A DNA stretch of 64,000 nt from Patescibacteria group bacterium (GCA_041650335.1 JBAZLK010000002.1:124070-188069); one strand, 5' to 3'; shown: positions 49,217-58,785, counted from the first letter of the stretch. The notes: generated by a model not told the origin, from the letters alone. Numbers and translations are program-made.

Positions 49217-50012
49217 TTTTTACTATATAATTATTTTTTACTTTTTTATACCATTTCCATGGAGTCCTAAACAAATTGTATTTTACGTATAGTGATAAAT
49301 GATTTTGTTTAAACCATTTGATAAACTCTTTATCAATATCTTCTCTACTTCTTATTTGATGTCCCCTTTTCCTGAGAAAATCGATATAGATATTACCTAT
49401 TGGAAAGATAAAATGTTTAGTAATATATCTCGGTTTTTTCTCTAGTTGATAATCAATATTATCCAAAGGCTCACTCATGCTAATAATGTGCTTTTCATTT
49501 ATTGGATGCACTGCATCATGTTCCCCATCCCATATAATCAAATCTGTGAGATTATCAATATGTTTTGTCTTCAATGAAAGTTCTGTATCCGTTGATGGGT
49601 CGCATTTTATCCAGCGATTATCTATATATACAAAGCAAACTATATGCACCGATGAACTACTAATACTTTCCTTGATAAAAGAAGGAAGAATATGCCCAAA
49701 AGATTCCCCGCCAATTACCTTATATATACAATATCCGCTCGGTATACCTGCAGCTCTAAAAAGCGCAACAAGTAAATTTGTACTAGTGGTACACATGCCC
49801 GTCTGACTCTCCATAGTTTCAGAAGCTCTCTTACTCCATGCGCCAACCCTGTATTTAATATTATCCCTTACATATTCAAAAAGTGCTATCGCAAGATCCT
49901 TATCATTCTGATTGACCTTTTTATAACTTTTAACAAAATCTATAATATTGTGATTATCATAATCACAATATTTTGTAACAGCTAAATACTTTTGCTTATT
50001 TATTTTTTCCAT
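49170..50012 (-). CDS. Transglutaminase-like protein
   Basis: FEYVRDNIKY, ASET...GMC (Cys), ALFRAAGIP, VHI (His), WIKCDPS (Asp). Confidence 0.88.
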   Translation of the reverse strand: MEKINKQKYLAVTKYCDYDNHNIIDFVKSYKKVNQNDKDLAIALFEYVRDNIKYRVGAWSKRASETMESQTGMCTTSTNLLVALFRAAGIPSGYCIYKVIGGESFGHILPSFIKESISSSSVHIVCFVYIDNRWIKCDPSTDTELSLKTKHIDNLTDLIIWDGEHDAVHPINEKHIISMSEPLDNIDYQLEKKPRYITKHFIFPIGNIYIDFLRKRGHQIRSREDIDKEFIKWFKQNHLSLYVKYNLFRTPWKWYKKVKNNYIVKNESISDRRSSLGSHR

Positions 50013-50578
50013 TGCTTTAATAATTTTTCGATGTTATTTTGAAGGACATCATTTCCAATTAGCGCTCCTTCACCCTCATAACCGCATGCTAATTTTCCTT
50101 TGATCGGTCCAACGATGCTATATTTATCCAAGTTGCCTATTTTAATATTTCTCAATTTGCTAATATTTGACTGGATTATTTCATTTTCCCACATATGACA
50201 ATTCATAGCGGGCGCAATAAGTACTGGCGTTTTTTTCGGGAGTGCGCACATTACTGTTGTAAGTAAATTATCAGCTATTCCACATGATAATTTACTTATT
50301 GTATTTGCAGTCGCCGGTGCTAATACAAAAATGTCGCACCAATCAGCTAAATGTATGTGCTCAACAACGGTTTTATCGTGCGTTTCAAAGGTATCTAAAT
50401 ATACTTGCGAATTAGACAATGTCTGTATAGTTACCAGTGAAATCAATTGCGTGGCAGCCGCCGACATAATAACTTTAACAGTTGCCCCTGAAGCCTTTAG
50501 TCTATTTATTAAACTACACATTCTATAAGCACCAATACATCCAGTAATTCCTAATAATATCTTTTTGTTCTTTAACAT
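50000..50578 (-). CDS. CoaC-like HFCD flavoprotein (Cys decarboxylase)
   Basis: ILLGITGCIGAY, EHIHLA, APATANTISK, ADNLLT, PAMN, LACG. Confidence 0.9.
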   Translation of the reverse strand: MLKNKKILLGITGCIGAYRMCSLINRLKASGATVKVIMSAAATQLISLVTIQTLSNSQVYLDTFETHDKTVVEHIHLADWCDIFVLAPATANTISKLSCGIADNLLTTVMCALPKKTPVLIAPAMNCHMWENEIIQSNISKLRNIKIGNLDKYSIVGPIKGKLACGYEGEGALIGNDVLQNNIEKLLKQWKK

Positions 50579-50640
50579 ACCATTTAATTAAATTATTATA
50601 TATTAAAATTCTTTATAAAACATATAGGACAAAGATCCAA

Positions 50641-51324
50641 CTACTTCTTCAATACTATCACTGCAATCATAACCGCCACGACACCGGCAAATAGCGGAGA
50701 ATATGCCATGTTAATTGATAAATCAAAAAGGGGGAAGATGCGATCCATAACCACGCCAACTAAACCGCTAATACCAATTATTATAGTAACGGCGGTTACC
50801 TGTTTTTTTAGTTGCACCGAGACAATGTTTATTTTTTTTATTAACAAATATAGTGATAACAACAAATATATCAACGATACTATGAAGAGCGCCCAGAACG
50901 CATTACCTGGTTTAATATCGATAAATCCTTCATTTACATTAACATCATTAATGAAGCTTGGCTGTAATATTATTGCTGGCAAGACAATAAATATTGATCC
51001 AAATATTACCAATCGGCGAACAAGAGGATCCATATTTGTCGGCAACGGATAATACATTGCCAATGCAAGGAGACTTACGAAACTGGCCGTACCAGAGTAG
51101 AATGCTGCCCTGGCAATAATCAACTTTGACATTTCTGTATTCGAAGTCATGAGAAGTCCAACAAAGAAGGACATTAGTGAAAAACCAAAAAGCATAGCGC
51201 AGAGCGCATAGATAGACTGAGTTTTTTGATATCGAAAATAAATATACAATGCGAGAATCAATTCTAATATGGAAAGAGACCAAAGAATTATTGTATTTGC
51301 TTCAGTAATGATACTCATTTTCAT
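50641..51324 (-). CDS. Stand-alone HisKA_7TM-like membrane sensor domain
   Basis: About 7 TM helices with similar spacing to the N-termini of 45801-48572 and 52049-53509. Confidence 0.75.
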   Translation of the reverse strand: MKMSIITEANTIILWSLSILELILALYIYFRYQKTQSIYALCAMLFGFSLMSFFVGLLMTSNTEMSKLIIARAAFYSGTASFVSLLALAMYYPLPTNMDPLVRRLVIFGSIFIVLPAIILQPSFINDVNVNEGFIDIKPGNAFWALFIVSLIYLLLSLYLLIKKINIVSVQLKKQVTAVTIIIGISGLVGVVMDRIFPLFDLSINMAYSPLFAGVVAVMIAVIVLKK

Positions 51325-51452
51325 ACCGCTTTTTTCTTAAATAGAATAGGTGTAAGAAACTTAATTGTTACCGATTCACAAAAAGCATATAAAAAAGCCA
51401 GCGCAAAAAGCAAGCCAGCTTCAATAAGTAAAATGTAGTTTTGTATCTGCAT
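51321..51452 (-). CDS. Small hydrophobic ORF, 43 aa
   Basis: MQIQNYILLIEAGLLFALAFLYAFCESVTIKFLTPILFKKKAV; its stop overlaps the next start (ATGA). Confidence 0.45.
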   Translation of the reverse strand: MQIQNYILLIEAGLLFALAFLYAFCESVTIKFLTPILFKKKAV

Positions 51453-51639
51453 CCTTGTCTACTATGAAAAATTAGGATTCCAGTCGGATGCCTTTTAGTT
51501 ACAGAGATATTATACAAAAATCTGCGGAAAAGTCAAATCTGAAATAATTACACTAAATATGACACGATGCACATAAAAATGTGCGATAAATGGTCTATTT
51601 GTGTGAATATATCGAAGTACTCACTTTTGTTACATTTCG

Positions 51640-51668
51640 TTGTCATCCTGAACTTGCTTCAGGATCTC
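51640..51668 (+). repeat. REP-like palindrome, left copy
   Basis: TTGTCATCCTGAACTTGCTTCAGGATCTC; inverted copy at 51973-52001. Confidence 0.8.
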
Positions 51669-51954
51669 CATACCACTTTTCCGCTAGGTCAATATAATTT
51701 GGATTCTGCTTTTGAATCAAATTCATTTTCCACACCCGATGCCAATTCTTCAATTGTTTTTCTCTCGTGATAGCCGCACAGATGTCATCGGTTTCTTCAT
51801 AATACAATAATTTGGTCAGATTATATCTCGCACTGAAACCCCTAACTAAATGATTCTTGTGTTCATACATCCTCCGTATTAAATCATTAGTCACACCGAT
51901 GTAAAGCGTTGTGTAGAGAGTGTTGGATATAATATAGACATAATAGGTTTTCAT
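51643..51954 (-). CDS. GIY-YIG nuclease family protein (short, YhbQ-like)
   Basis: YYVYI...TLYIGVTNDLIRRMYEHK..FSARYNLTKLLYYE..AITREKQLKNWHRVWK..LI...NP. Confidence 0.92.
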   Translation of the reverse strand: MKTYYVYIISNTLYTTLYIGVTNDLIRRMYEHKNHLVRGFSARYNLTKLLYYEETDDICAAITREKQLKNWHRVWKMNLIQKQNPNYIDLAEKWYGDPEASSG

Positions 51955-51972
51955 AAATTCTATGTTGATTAT

Positions 51973-52001
51973 GAGATGCTGAAACAAGTTCAGCATGACA
52001 A
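51973..52001 (-). repeat. REP-like palindrome, right copy (inverted)
   Basis: Minus strand TTGTCATGCTGAACTTGTTTCAGCATCTC. Confidence 0.8.
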
Positions 52002-52048
52002 TAAAATAAAAAACAGGGTTTATGTCTCCCTGCTTTCTTTTATCTTTT

Positions 52049-53509
52049 TTAAACTTTTACCCCAATCCGCTCAAGCGCGTTTTTATAAAGTATCACATTT
52101 TCTAATGCATAGGCCGCCTCCTGCGCGACATTCTGTAAATATCTGACGTCTTCTGTTGTATACGGTTCGTTCGATGTCTTACTGCCAAGAAGAACAAGCG
52201 CAGAAAGTCCGTGGCGCGTAGCTAGCGGCAATACCGCTTCGGTTTTCAGATTGTCCATTTCCTTTTCGCACTGCTCGAGCCGTCGCTGTTCAAGACCGAA
52301 TGCTTCCTGAAATAGATACGGGATTTCTTCACGGATTAGCATTTTCATGGAATCTTTCAAAAAACTCGGTAATGCTTCTTCTGCGCGAATACTGATATTG
52401 CCGTCTAATGAGTCATATGTTCCCTGGCGCTTGTTTACTATTAAACAAGTTATTCGATTCACGTTCACAACCTTTAATATTTCACCCGATAGCTCTCGGC
52501 AAAACTCTTCCAAGTCCACTAAACCGATCACGCGCTGCCGAACATCTTCAATCATCTGTTTCATATTCGGCTGGCGCGAAAAAAACAAACGGTTAATTAT
52601 TCGTATCAACCATTTACGAAATGGGATAAAGGTTACGGCAATAACAAGCACTGAAGCAAAATTCACAAATGCACGGTTGAATGCGTACTTCTGGACTAAA
52701 TAATCATTCGCAAGCAGAACTAAATAACCATAGACGATTAGTAATAATATAAGAACCAGCGTATGGGCCGCGCCCTTTTTCATTACTATCCTTACGTCCA
52801 TAAAACGATACCGTAGTATGGCATACGCAATAAGCCACGTAAACACAGCTAAACCAATCAAACTTAGAGGATATAATTTATTGTAACCAAGCGATGGCAG
52901 TAGTAAATTAAATAGTAAAGAAAATGTCGCAACGCAAATAAACGCAAAGATAATATAACGTAGTTGAATCTTTGTAACTTTTGATGTAGTTGATTTGAAA
53001 ATATTGAATAATTTTTTCAATCCAAAAAATGCATATATTAATAAATAAATAATATATGCAGGATACAATTGACTAATACTCGGACGATAACCGTAATTTT
53101 CAATATATTCGACATCAGAGATGTTATACCTTGTCGGAACTATTGCTACAATGGCTATGGATGGTAAAAAAAGTAGCAAAATTTGCCACCACGAAAATGG
53201 CGTCTTTTTTTTATAGAGAGTATACGCAAAAAGTAAAAATAATGTCGGGGAAAACGCCGGTCCGAGAAAAGTCAGTCTCGCCCATAAAAGAGCGGCTTCT
53301 TTGCCACCAACAAGATCGGACATAATGTTCGCAAACAACCACACAGAGAGACTTAGCACTAACGATCCAAAGAAGATCAGATTTGGTCTTTTTTTGCTCT
53401 TAATAAATACGGTAATGGATATTACCAGGAGCGCAAAAAAACAAATTACTGAGGTAACTTCAATAATTTGGATCTCTAGACTATGATATATTCCAGGATT
53501 AATCTCCAT
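52049..53509 (-). CDS. HisKA_7TM plus GAF membrane receptor lacking a kinase domain
   Basis: 7TM ending YAILRYRFMDV; GAF with LGSKTSNEPYTTED..AYALEN..LY, then stop. Confidence 0.85.
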   Translation of the reverse strand: MEINPGIYHSLEIQIIEVTSVICFFALLVISITVFIKSKKRPNLIFFGSLVLSLSVWLFANIMSDLVGGKEAALLWARLTFLGPAFSPTLFLLFAYTLYKKKTPFSWWQILLLFLPSIAIVAIVPTRYNISDVEYIENYGYRPSISQLYPAYIIYLLIYAFFGLKKLFNIFKSTTSKVTKIQLRYIIFAFICVATFSLLFNLLLPSLGYNKLYPLSLIGLAVFTWLIAYAILRYRFMDVRIVMKKGAAHTLVLILLLIVYGYLVLLANDYLVQKYAFNRAFVNFASVLVIAVTFIPFRKWLIRIINRLFFSRQPNMKQMIEDVRQRVIGLVDLEEFCRELSGEILKVVNVNRITCLIVNKRQGTYDSLDGNISIRAEEALPSFLKDSMKMLIREEIPYLFQEAFGLEQRRLEQCEKEMDNLKTEAVLPLATRHGLSALVLLGSKTSNEPYTTEDVRYLQNVAQEAAYALENVILYKNALERIGVKV

Positions 53510-53577
53510 GGTGTTTGTCTTATGTGTTATACAGAATCATACCAAAATCAGCGAAAAAGTCAAATTCTTTAGTTAAT

Positions 53578-53607
53578 TACAAAACCGGGGACAACCCCGG
53601 TTTTGTA
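53578..53607. terminator. Intrinsic terminator
   Basis: TACAAAACCGGGG-ACAA-CCCCGGTTTTGTA. Confidence 0.85.
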
Positions 53608-53617
53608 CATTATCCGC

Positions 53618-54154
53618 TTATTGTACTTTTTCAATCTCATTGGTTAATTTGGTCTTCGCATATTCCGTGCCAGCCTCGTCGCGAAAGATATTACCCGGCA
53701 GTGCAGTGAAAATCGCCTGCATCGTTGAAAGCGGGGTGTATGCCTGTAAATCATCGCGATAATACAGATAGAGCAGGCGCTCATCGCCGGGTTTGAGGTT
53801 CTGTCCGCCTTGGGTGTCGGCGATGACGACGAGATTTCCATTTTCACCCCCAAGAATTGACACAATAAGTTTTTTCGACGCAGTTCCCTTCCAGACTTCC
53901 TGCGGCTCCACCTGCCAATCCGTGTAAATCATTTTCTCTCCCGTATCTTTCTCGAAGACTTCCCGGACATTGCTCGAGATGAATCGGCCGGTAAGAACAA
54001 TCTGTGATTCTTTTGCCAGATCGGCTGGCGTAAGTGTCACCTCTAACTTGCTAACACTTGTGGTAGGTTTATCGCCGCGCAGTGCGATTATCGCAATGAG
54101 ACTTCCGATAATAAACACGCCGGCCAAACCAATGATGATTGTTCGCTTTTTCAT
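53618..54154 (-). CDS. Anchored TIMP/NTR-like OB-fold protein, partner of the matrixin
   Basis: LAKESQIVLTG..IYTDWQVEPQEVWKG..ILGGE..LKPGDERLLYL pattern. Confidence 0.65.
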   Translation of the reverse strand: MKKRTIIIGLAGVFIIGSLIAIIALRGDKPTTSVSKLEVTLTPADLAKESQIVLTGRFISSNVREVFEKDTGEKMIYTDWQVEPQEVWKGTASKKLIVSILGGENGNLVVIADTQGGQNLKPGDERLLYLYYRDDLQAYTPLSTMQAIFTALPGNIFRDEAGTEYAKTKLTNEIEKVQ

Positions 54155-54172
54155 ATTTTTTTACATAAAGTA

Positions 54173-54736
54173 TTAGATGCCATATATTGCCCTGATGCCG
54201 GAAATATCATCCGAATGCAACGTGCGCTTATATGTCTCACCGGGTGCCCCGCTTCCATACATTGTTTTCCAATAATCTCCGCCGCTGTACAGATCATTGA
54301 GCATAAGCCAGTGTCCAAATTCATGCGCCATGACATTTTCAACGTCATATTTGTTCGGGTCCCCGTTCACGTCCCAAGAAAAGCGCGAGTTTATGTATGT
54401 ATCACGATCAGTGATGCGATTATTGTTCCATCCTTCTCGCACATACGTTATGGCAAGTGCATGTGGGTCAGACAAATACTGGAGACGCACTTCATGCCCT
54501 TGCGAGCCAGCAATAAACCGATACTTTGCGCCCGCCTGATTCCACGATGACATAGCGTGGGATATGGCCGGTACCCAGGCGGGCAGGATACTACTGTGCA
54601 TGTAGACCGATACCCGGGTCGGATTGCCATAGTCCCAGTGATGGCCGGAATTGTAGTAGGCTTGGGCGTTAGGCGCACTAATGCCGGCCATAGCCGCAAC
54701 AAAGAACGCGACTAATGCTAAAAACTTTTTTCTCAT
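54173..54736 (-). CDS. Secreted matrixin-like (metzincin) metalloprotease
   Basis: Signal peptide, AMSSWN, HEFGHWLMLND zinc motif, Met-turn KTMYG, LHSDDISGIRAIYG. Confidence 0.88.
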   Translation of the reverse strand: MRKKFLALVAFFVAAMAGISAPNAQAYYNSGHHWDYGNPTRVSVYMHSSILPAWVPAISHAMSSWNQAGAKYRFIAGSQGHEVRLQYLSDPHALAITYVREGWNNNRITDRDTYINSRFSWDVNGDPNKYDVENVMAHEFGHWLMLNDLYSGGDYWKTMYGSGAPGETYKRTLHSDDISGIRAIYGI

Positions 54737-54800
54737 CTTGTACCCTTTTCCACCCGTCATATTAATTATAGCTATGTCAATGGATAATTGGAAATAAAGC

Positions 54801-54880
54801 AAAAAACGAGCCCGAAAGCCCGTCTCTTTCTAACACTAGAATACTCTCTACGTATATTATGTCAACTACCTGTTATCCAC
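54801..54880 (-). promoter_or_regulatory. DnaA-box-like promoter plus a short leader hairpin shared with the hydrolase array
   Basis: GTGGATAA-7 nt-TTGACA-16 nt-TATTCT...AGAAAGAGACGGGCTTTCGGGCTCGTTTTTT. Confidence 0.7.
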
Positions 54881-55520
54881 CCGCCCCCGCAACTTGATAT
54901 AATGCTTCCAACTCTACTTTTGTCCACCGGATACCGTACACAGCTCGAAATATTCGTGGAAATATTTCGGGTGAATTTGTCTGGCCAAGCTTTCGCAGCA
55001 ACGTAAGCATTTTTTTCTCGCCGTATTTCCGGATCAGCGCGTTGACCCAGAAATACCCGACCGGATATGCCATGACAGAGAAGTTACCCATGGGTCTTGT
55101 TACTGAGAGCGCCAGCGCCAATGGCGGCGTGCGTTTTTTCTGACCAGCCAACCAGCAAGCCAAGCCTTCGTTCAGCCATTTCGGCACATTCCAACCCGCA
55201 ACACTGCGGATGTACAGATGCGCGTGTTCGTGGCGCAGGGTGGTCCAGAATTCAGATCGGCGCCTATGGTTTGACTCGCTGACGTATTTTTCCGGGCTCA
55301 GAATATAAATTACCCGTTCTCTCGTCCAGCCGACTGACCAATCCTCAGTTTTTCTTCCCCAAAGAGCGTCGATCTGACGTCGCGAGGTGAGAAGAACGAC
55401 CAACGGTTCAGAAAGCTTGTATCCGAAGAAACGGTCAAGTTCTTTCGTTTGCATTTTTATCTGGCGTCGCAGTTTCGGCAGTTGGCGAACCCGACTTATT
55501 TCCACACATAGGTTTTTCAT
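54873..55520 (-). CDS. Peptidase MA-like (gluzincin) protein
   Basis: HEHAH..PKWLNEGLA. Confidence 0.8.
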   Translation of the reverse strand: MKNLCVEISRVRQLPKLRRQIKMQTKELDRFFGYKLSEPLVVLLTSRRQIDALWGRKTEDWSVGWTRERVIYILSPEKYVSESNHRRRSEFWTTLRHEHAHLYIRSVAGWNVPKWLNEGLACWLAGQKKRTPPLALALSVTRPMGNFSVMAYPVGYFWVNALIRKYGEKKMLTLLRKLGQTNSPEIFPRIFRAVYGIRWTKVELEALYQVAGAGG

Positions 55521-55534
55521 TGTATCGTTTTTTA

Positions 55535-56088
55535 CTATTTCTCAACCTTATGAGCGATCATTCTGACCACATGATGCTGATGGGGTTCTTCCTTGCCTGG
55601 GTGTCCCGGATCGTCAATCACCGCTTCGCGATAAAAATCAACATCAAAATCGGAAAACAGATCGCGTAGCTGCCCTTTTTGGAAATAACAGGCGTCCGGT
55701 CGTTTTTGATAGGACGGCTCATCAACCGTGAAACCAGATACAATGATATACCCGCCTGGATGGAGGGCGTTTTTTACTCGCTGGATTAAGTCGAGCGCTT
55801 TTGGTTTTTCTATAAACTGGAGGACATTGAAAAGCTGGATTATGGAGTATCGATCAGGCTCTATCTCGAAATCCTCTGCCCGACCCTGGATGATTTTGAT
55901 CGGCAGTTTGTTAAAGTCAGGTGTTTTTTTCATTTCAGCAATTTCGTCTGGCGACCTTTCCACCGCCACAACGCGCCAGCCGTTTTGCGCCATGAACAAA
56001 CTGTCACGCCCTTGACCGGCGCCAAAATCAAGGAAGGAATGTGCACGATCAGCGTTTTGCCAAATCCTCTGCAATAATTTGTTGGGCA
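55535..56088 (-). CDS. Class I SAM-dependent methyltransferase (TehB-like)
   Basis: LDFGAGQGRDSLFMA..G..V.AVE, LHPGG; start uncertain (56122 or the MPNK ATG near 56089). Confidence 0.85.
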
Positions 56089-56189
56089 TACTGATTGGGT
56101 TTTGTGTAATCGACACGGGCATAATTCGTTAGATAATAGCAATATATAGTATAAATATGGAAGCGCCTTCGTACAAATATACGAACGTC

Positions 56190-56330
56190 ATCTATTGGCT
56201 CATGCACAGCGATAAAAACTTTTTCTTGATTGTCGCGTTTAATTCCTTGCTAAGTTCGCGTTGAAACGCTAGTTCAACTGGTTCAGACGTTTGTATATGT
56301 CCTCCCGGTAAAAAATTTGAATCAGCTCCG
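56190..56330 (-). pseudogene. Degenerate NUDIX hydrolase fragment
   Basis: One frame reads FLPGGHIQTSEPVELAFQRELSKEL but no intact full-length ORF was found. Confidence 0.45.
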
Positions 56331-56445
56331 CGTATATACAATTACCAATAATTTTTTTATGAATCATTCCTCCTGGACTACCAGCAACCTCGCATCACGT
56401 ACAGATTTATTAGCTATAATATTTTGATATTAGTGAGGCGTTTTA

Positions 56446-56865
56446 TCATGATCTTAAATGTTTTATTACGGTTCTCTTGTATCCACTCTCCATCTTAAGC
56501 ATCCTTACTCCAGCTGCAGTCACCCAACGCCATTTGTCATGTTCCTCACTCAGATAGAATCGGCTCTTCGATATCCGGCATTCAAAAACCACAACGCAAA
56601 AATGATACCTGGCAATATCATGGAATTTCGTCATGATATTAAACACTGATATTGGTCGGCCAATTTCTACCCGGGTAATTCCAAGTTCCTCTTTTAATTC
56701 TCGGCACAGGACCGCCTGCGGCGTTTCTCCAAATTCCATCTTTCCTCCGGGCAATTCCCAGGAACCGCCGGGCGTATGTACAAATAATACTTTATTATCG
56801 CGTAGGATCAACGCTTTTATTGTAATGCGTAATCGCCGTTCCATTTTTGGATAGTAACCCTTCAT
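56446..56865 (-). CDS. NUDIX hydrolase (MutT-like)
   Basis: WELPGGKMEFGETPQAVLCRELKEELG, LSEEH..W.W. Confidence 0.9.
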   Translation of the reverse strand: MKGYYPKMERRLRITIKALILRDNKVLFVHTPGGSWELPGGKMEFGETPQAVLCRELKEELGITRVEIGRPISVFNIMTKFHDIARYHFCVVVFECRISKSRFYLSEEHDKWRWVTAAGVRMLKMESGYKRTVIKHLRS

Positions 56866-57437
56866 AACTTTTTATTATTCAATTTATCAATAAACATTGC
56901 GAATGTATTTTCTTTAAGAGAAATATGACGGCCGTACCATCGTTCCACTAATCCACTGAATTCTATTATTCGAGTAAACCCGGAATTTCGGTCGTGGTTT
57001 ATCTGCTTTCGATACCACGACTTACCTTCTGTCTCGCTGATATGAATAGCATTTAAACAACGGACAAAGTATTCCTCAAGATTGTCACGGAATGTTTGCC
57101 CTCGATAGTTATCGGGAAGTCCAATTTCACATTCCTGGACAAAATGACTGACCGACATTTTTGTCTTTATCAGTGAATGCAGGGCTTCGTGTCGCACGGT
57201 ATTCCAGGGGAAGCTATGATCTGGGTGGGGATGTAAACGAATAATATGTTTTACTCCGTCATGTGATACTCGACCGTTCCCCAAGGGCAGATGCTCGTCA
57301 ATTTTTATTTCCAAAATCAACGAACAATCATCTTCGTTCCACCGTAATAGGTCAACTGCCTCAAGGACGGTTGATCTGCACTTCTCCATAAACCCATCTA
57401 TTTTCGATAATTTTTTGGCTAGTTTAATATCGATCAT
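56862..57437 (-). CDS. Hypothetical HExxH zinc-metallopeptidase-like protein
   Basis: VRHEALHSL with downstream LEEYFVRCL. Confidence 0.6.
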   Translation of the reverse strand: MIDIKLAKKLSKIDGFMEKCRSTVLEAVDLLRWNEDDCSLILEIKIDEHLPLGNGRVSHDGVKHIIRLHPHPDHSFPWNTVRHEALHSLIKTKMSVSHFVQECEIGLPDNYRGQTFRDNLEEYFVRCLNAIHISETEGKSWYRKQINHDRNSGFTRIIEFSGLVERWYGRHISLKENTFAMFIDKLNNKKL

Positions 57438-57516
57438 TATTTTCTAGATTACGCCACAAGGTGCAAAAAGTAAAATCCCTTCGATCTCGGCATCAAAGGG
57501 GTATAGCAACATCCAG

Positions 57517-58785
57517 TCACTTGATTGGCTCCGGTGGAAGACCGAGCTCCATCCGGAGAATTGCCCGAGTGAAAAAGCGTATCCCCTCACAACGGTGGCT
57601 AACCCGCCTAGCGAAACCAGCCCCGTACGCCGACGCTCGCACATGGCAACAGTCGCCTTTGCAATTGCTCATGGCATAACAGTCATGACATTGGGGCACC
57701 GAATCCGCTGTATAGCCGGCCAATTGTTGATACGATTTCCCGGATATTTCGGGACCCGTGCCATGGGGCGTTATTTTGCCATAATGGAAGCATGCCGCTA
57801 GCGGATCGCGGGAATCGCTGACTCGCGTACAGGCCGTTACGTTGCCCTCCGGATCGATGCCGAAGATTCTGCCGTTGACCCCGCAGAAGCTGAGCCGGCA
57901 TACGTGCGACTTGAAGGTTGCCAATGAGGAACGCAGCTGCAAGTTATTTGCTTTCGCAATCGCCAGCAAGCCTACATACTGCTGAGCAAACACTCGAAGA
58001 TCCGGCGGTTGCGCATTGGTGTCGATGCACCTTCCGGTATACTCCAGCGGCTCGATGCCGATGACCACATTCGGCCAGCGACGGTGCAAAAACAGCACAT
58101 TGTCTTCGAGATCGTTGACGCTCTCTGCCGAAACAGTCATCCGAAAGCCTATACCGATGGTACCAACACCACTTAGCGCGTCGATGTTGGCCGCCACGAT
58201 ATTGAACGACGGTCGTCCGTCGGCCAGCGGCCTCTGTTTGTTCTGTATCATCGGAGGTCCGTCGATTGAGATCGAGATGTTCGTGAAGTTGTCAACGATG
58301 AAGCGCCGAAGCTTGGAGGAAAAGCAGCCGTTGCTGACAATGGCGAGTTTGCACCGGAGCCCCGTTTCGGACTCCTTCTGCCTGCAGTAGGCCACGATTT
58401 TACGCACCAGCCTCAAAGACAACAGCGGTTCCCCGCCGCCGGTCAGCGTAACGTCGAAGTGTGATAGCCCCAACTCTTTCGCATCTTTGGCCACCTGGTC
58501 GATAGCCTGGCAGGCTATGGGAAATGGCATTTCCCGTCGCTGTTGCGTACCGGAATTCGCGTGGCAGTAAATGCAGCGCAAATTACAGAAGTTGTTGAGC
58601 ACCAGATCACAACGGGGAAACCTCCCGTCCGGCGCGCGTTCAGTGGAATGCGTCTCAACTGTTGCGTCAAACAGGTCGGGTACTTGGATGCTCTGCGGAA
58701 CAAGCCGGACCGTGCGAAGCTGGGGAATGTACACGATCTTGTTCCCGCTTTCAACCGGAATCTGAAAAGCGCGAACCGCAGTCAT
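57517..58785 (-). CDS. Radical SAM/SPASM peptide maturase
   Basis: CNLRCIYC, GGGEPLL, SIDG; SPASM-type FCG..GIDPEG.V.AC...CHDCYAMSNCKGDCC...RC; SD CAGGAGG. Confidence 0.93.
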   Translation of the reverse strand: MTAVRAFQIPVESGNKIVYIPQLRTVRLVPQSIQVPDLFDATVETHSTERAPDGRFPRCDLVLNNFCNLRCIYCHANSGTQQRREMPFPIACQAIDQVAKDAKELGLSHFDVTLTGGGEPLLSLRLVRKIVAYCRQKESETGLRCKLAIVSNGCFSSKLRRFIVDNFTNISISIDGPPMIQNKQRPLADGRPSFNIVAANIDALSGVGTIGIGFRMTVSAESVNDLEDNVLFLHRRWPNVVIGIEPLEYTGRCIDTNAQPPDLRVFAQQYVGLLAIAKANNLQLRSSLATFKSHVCRLSFCGVNGRIFGIDPEGNVTACTRVSDSRDPLAACFHYGKITPHGTGPEISGKSYQQLAGYTADSVPQCHDCYAMSNCKGDCCHVRASAYGAGFARRVSHRCEGIRFFTRAILRMELGLPPEPIK

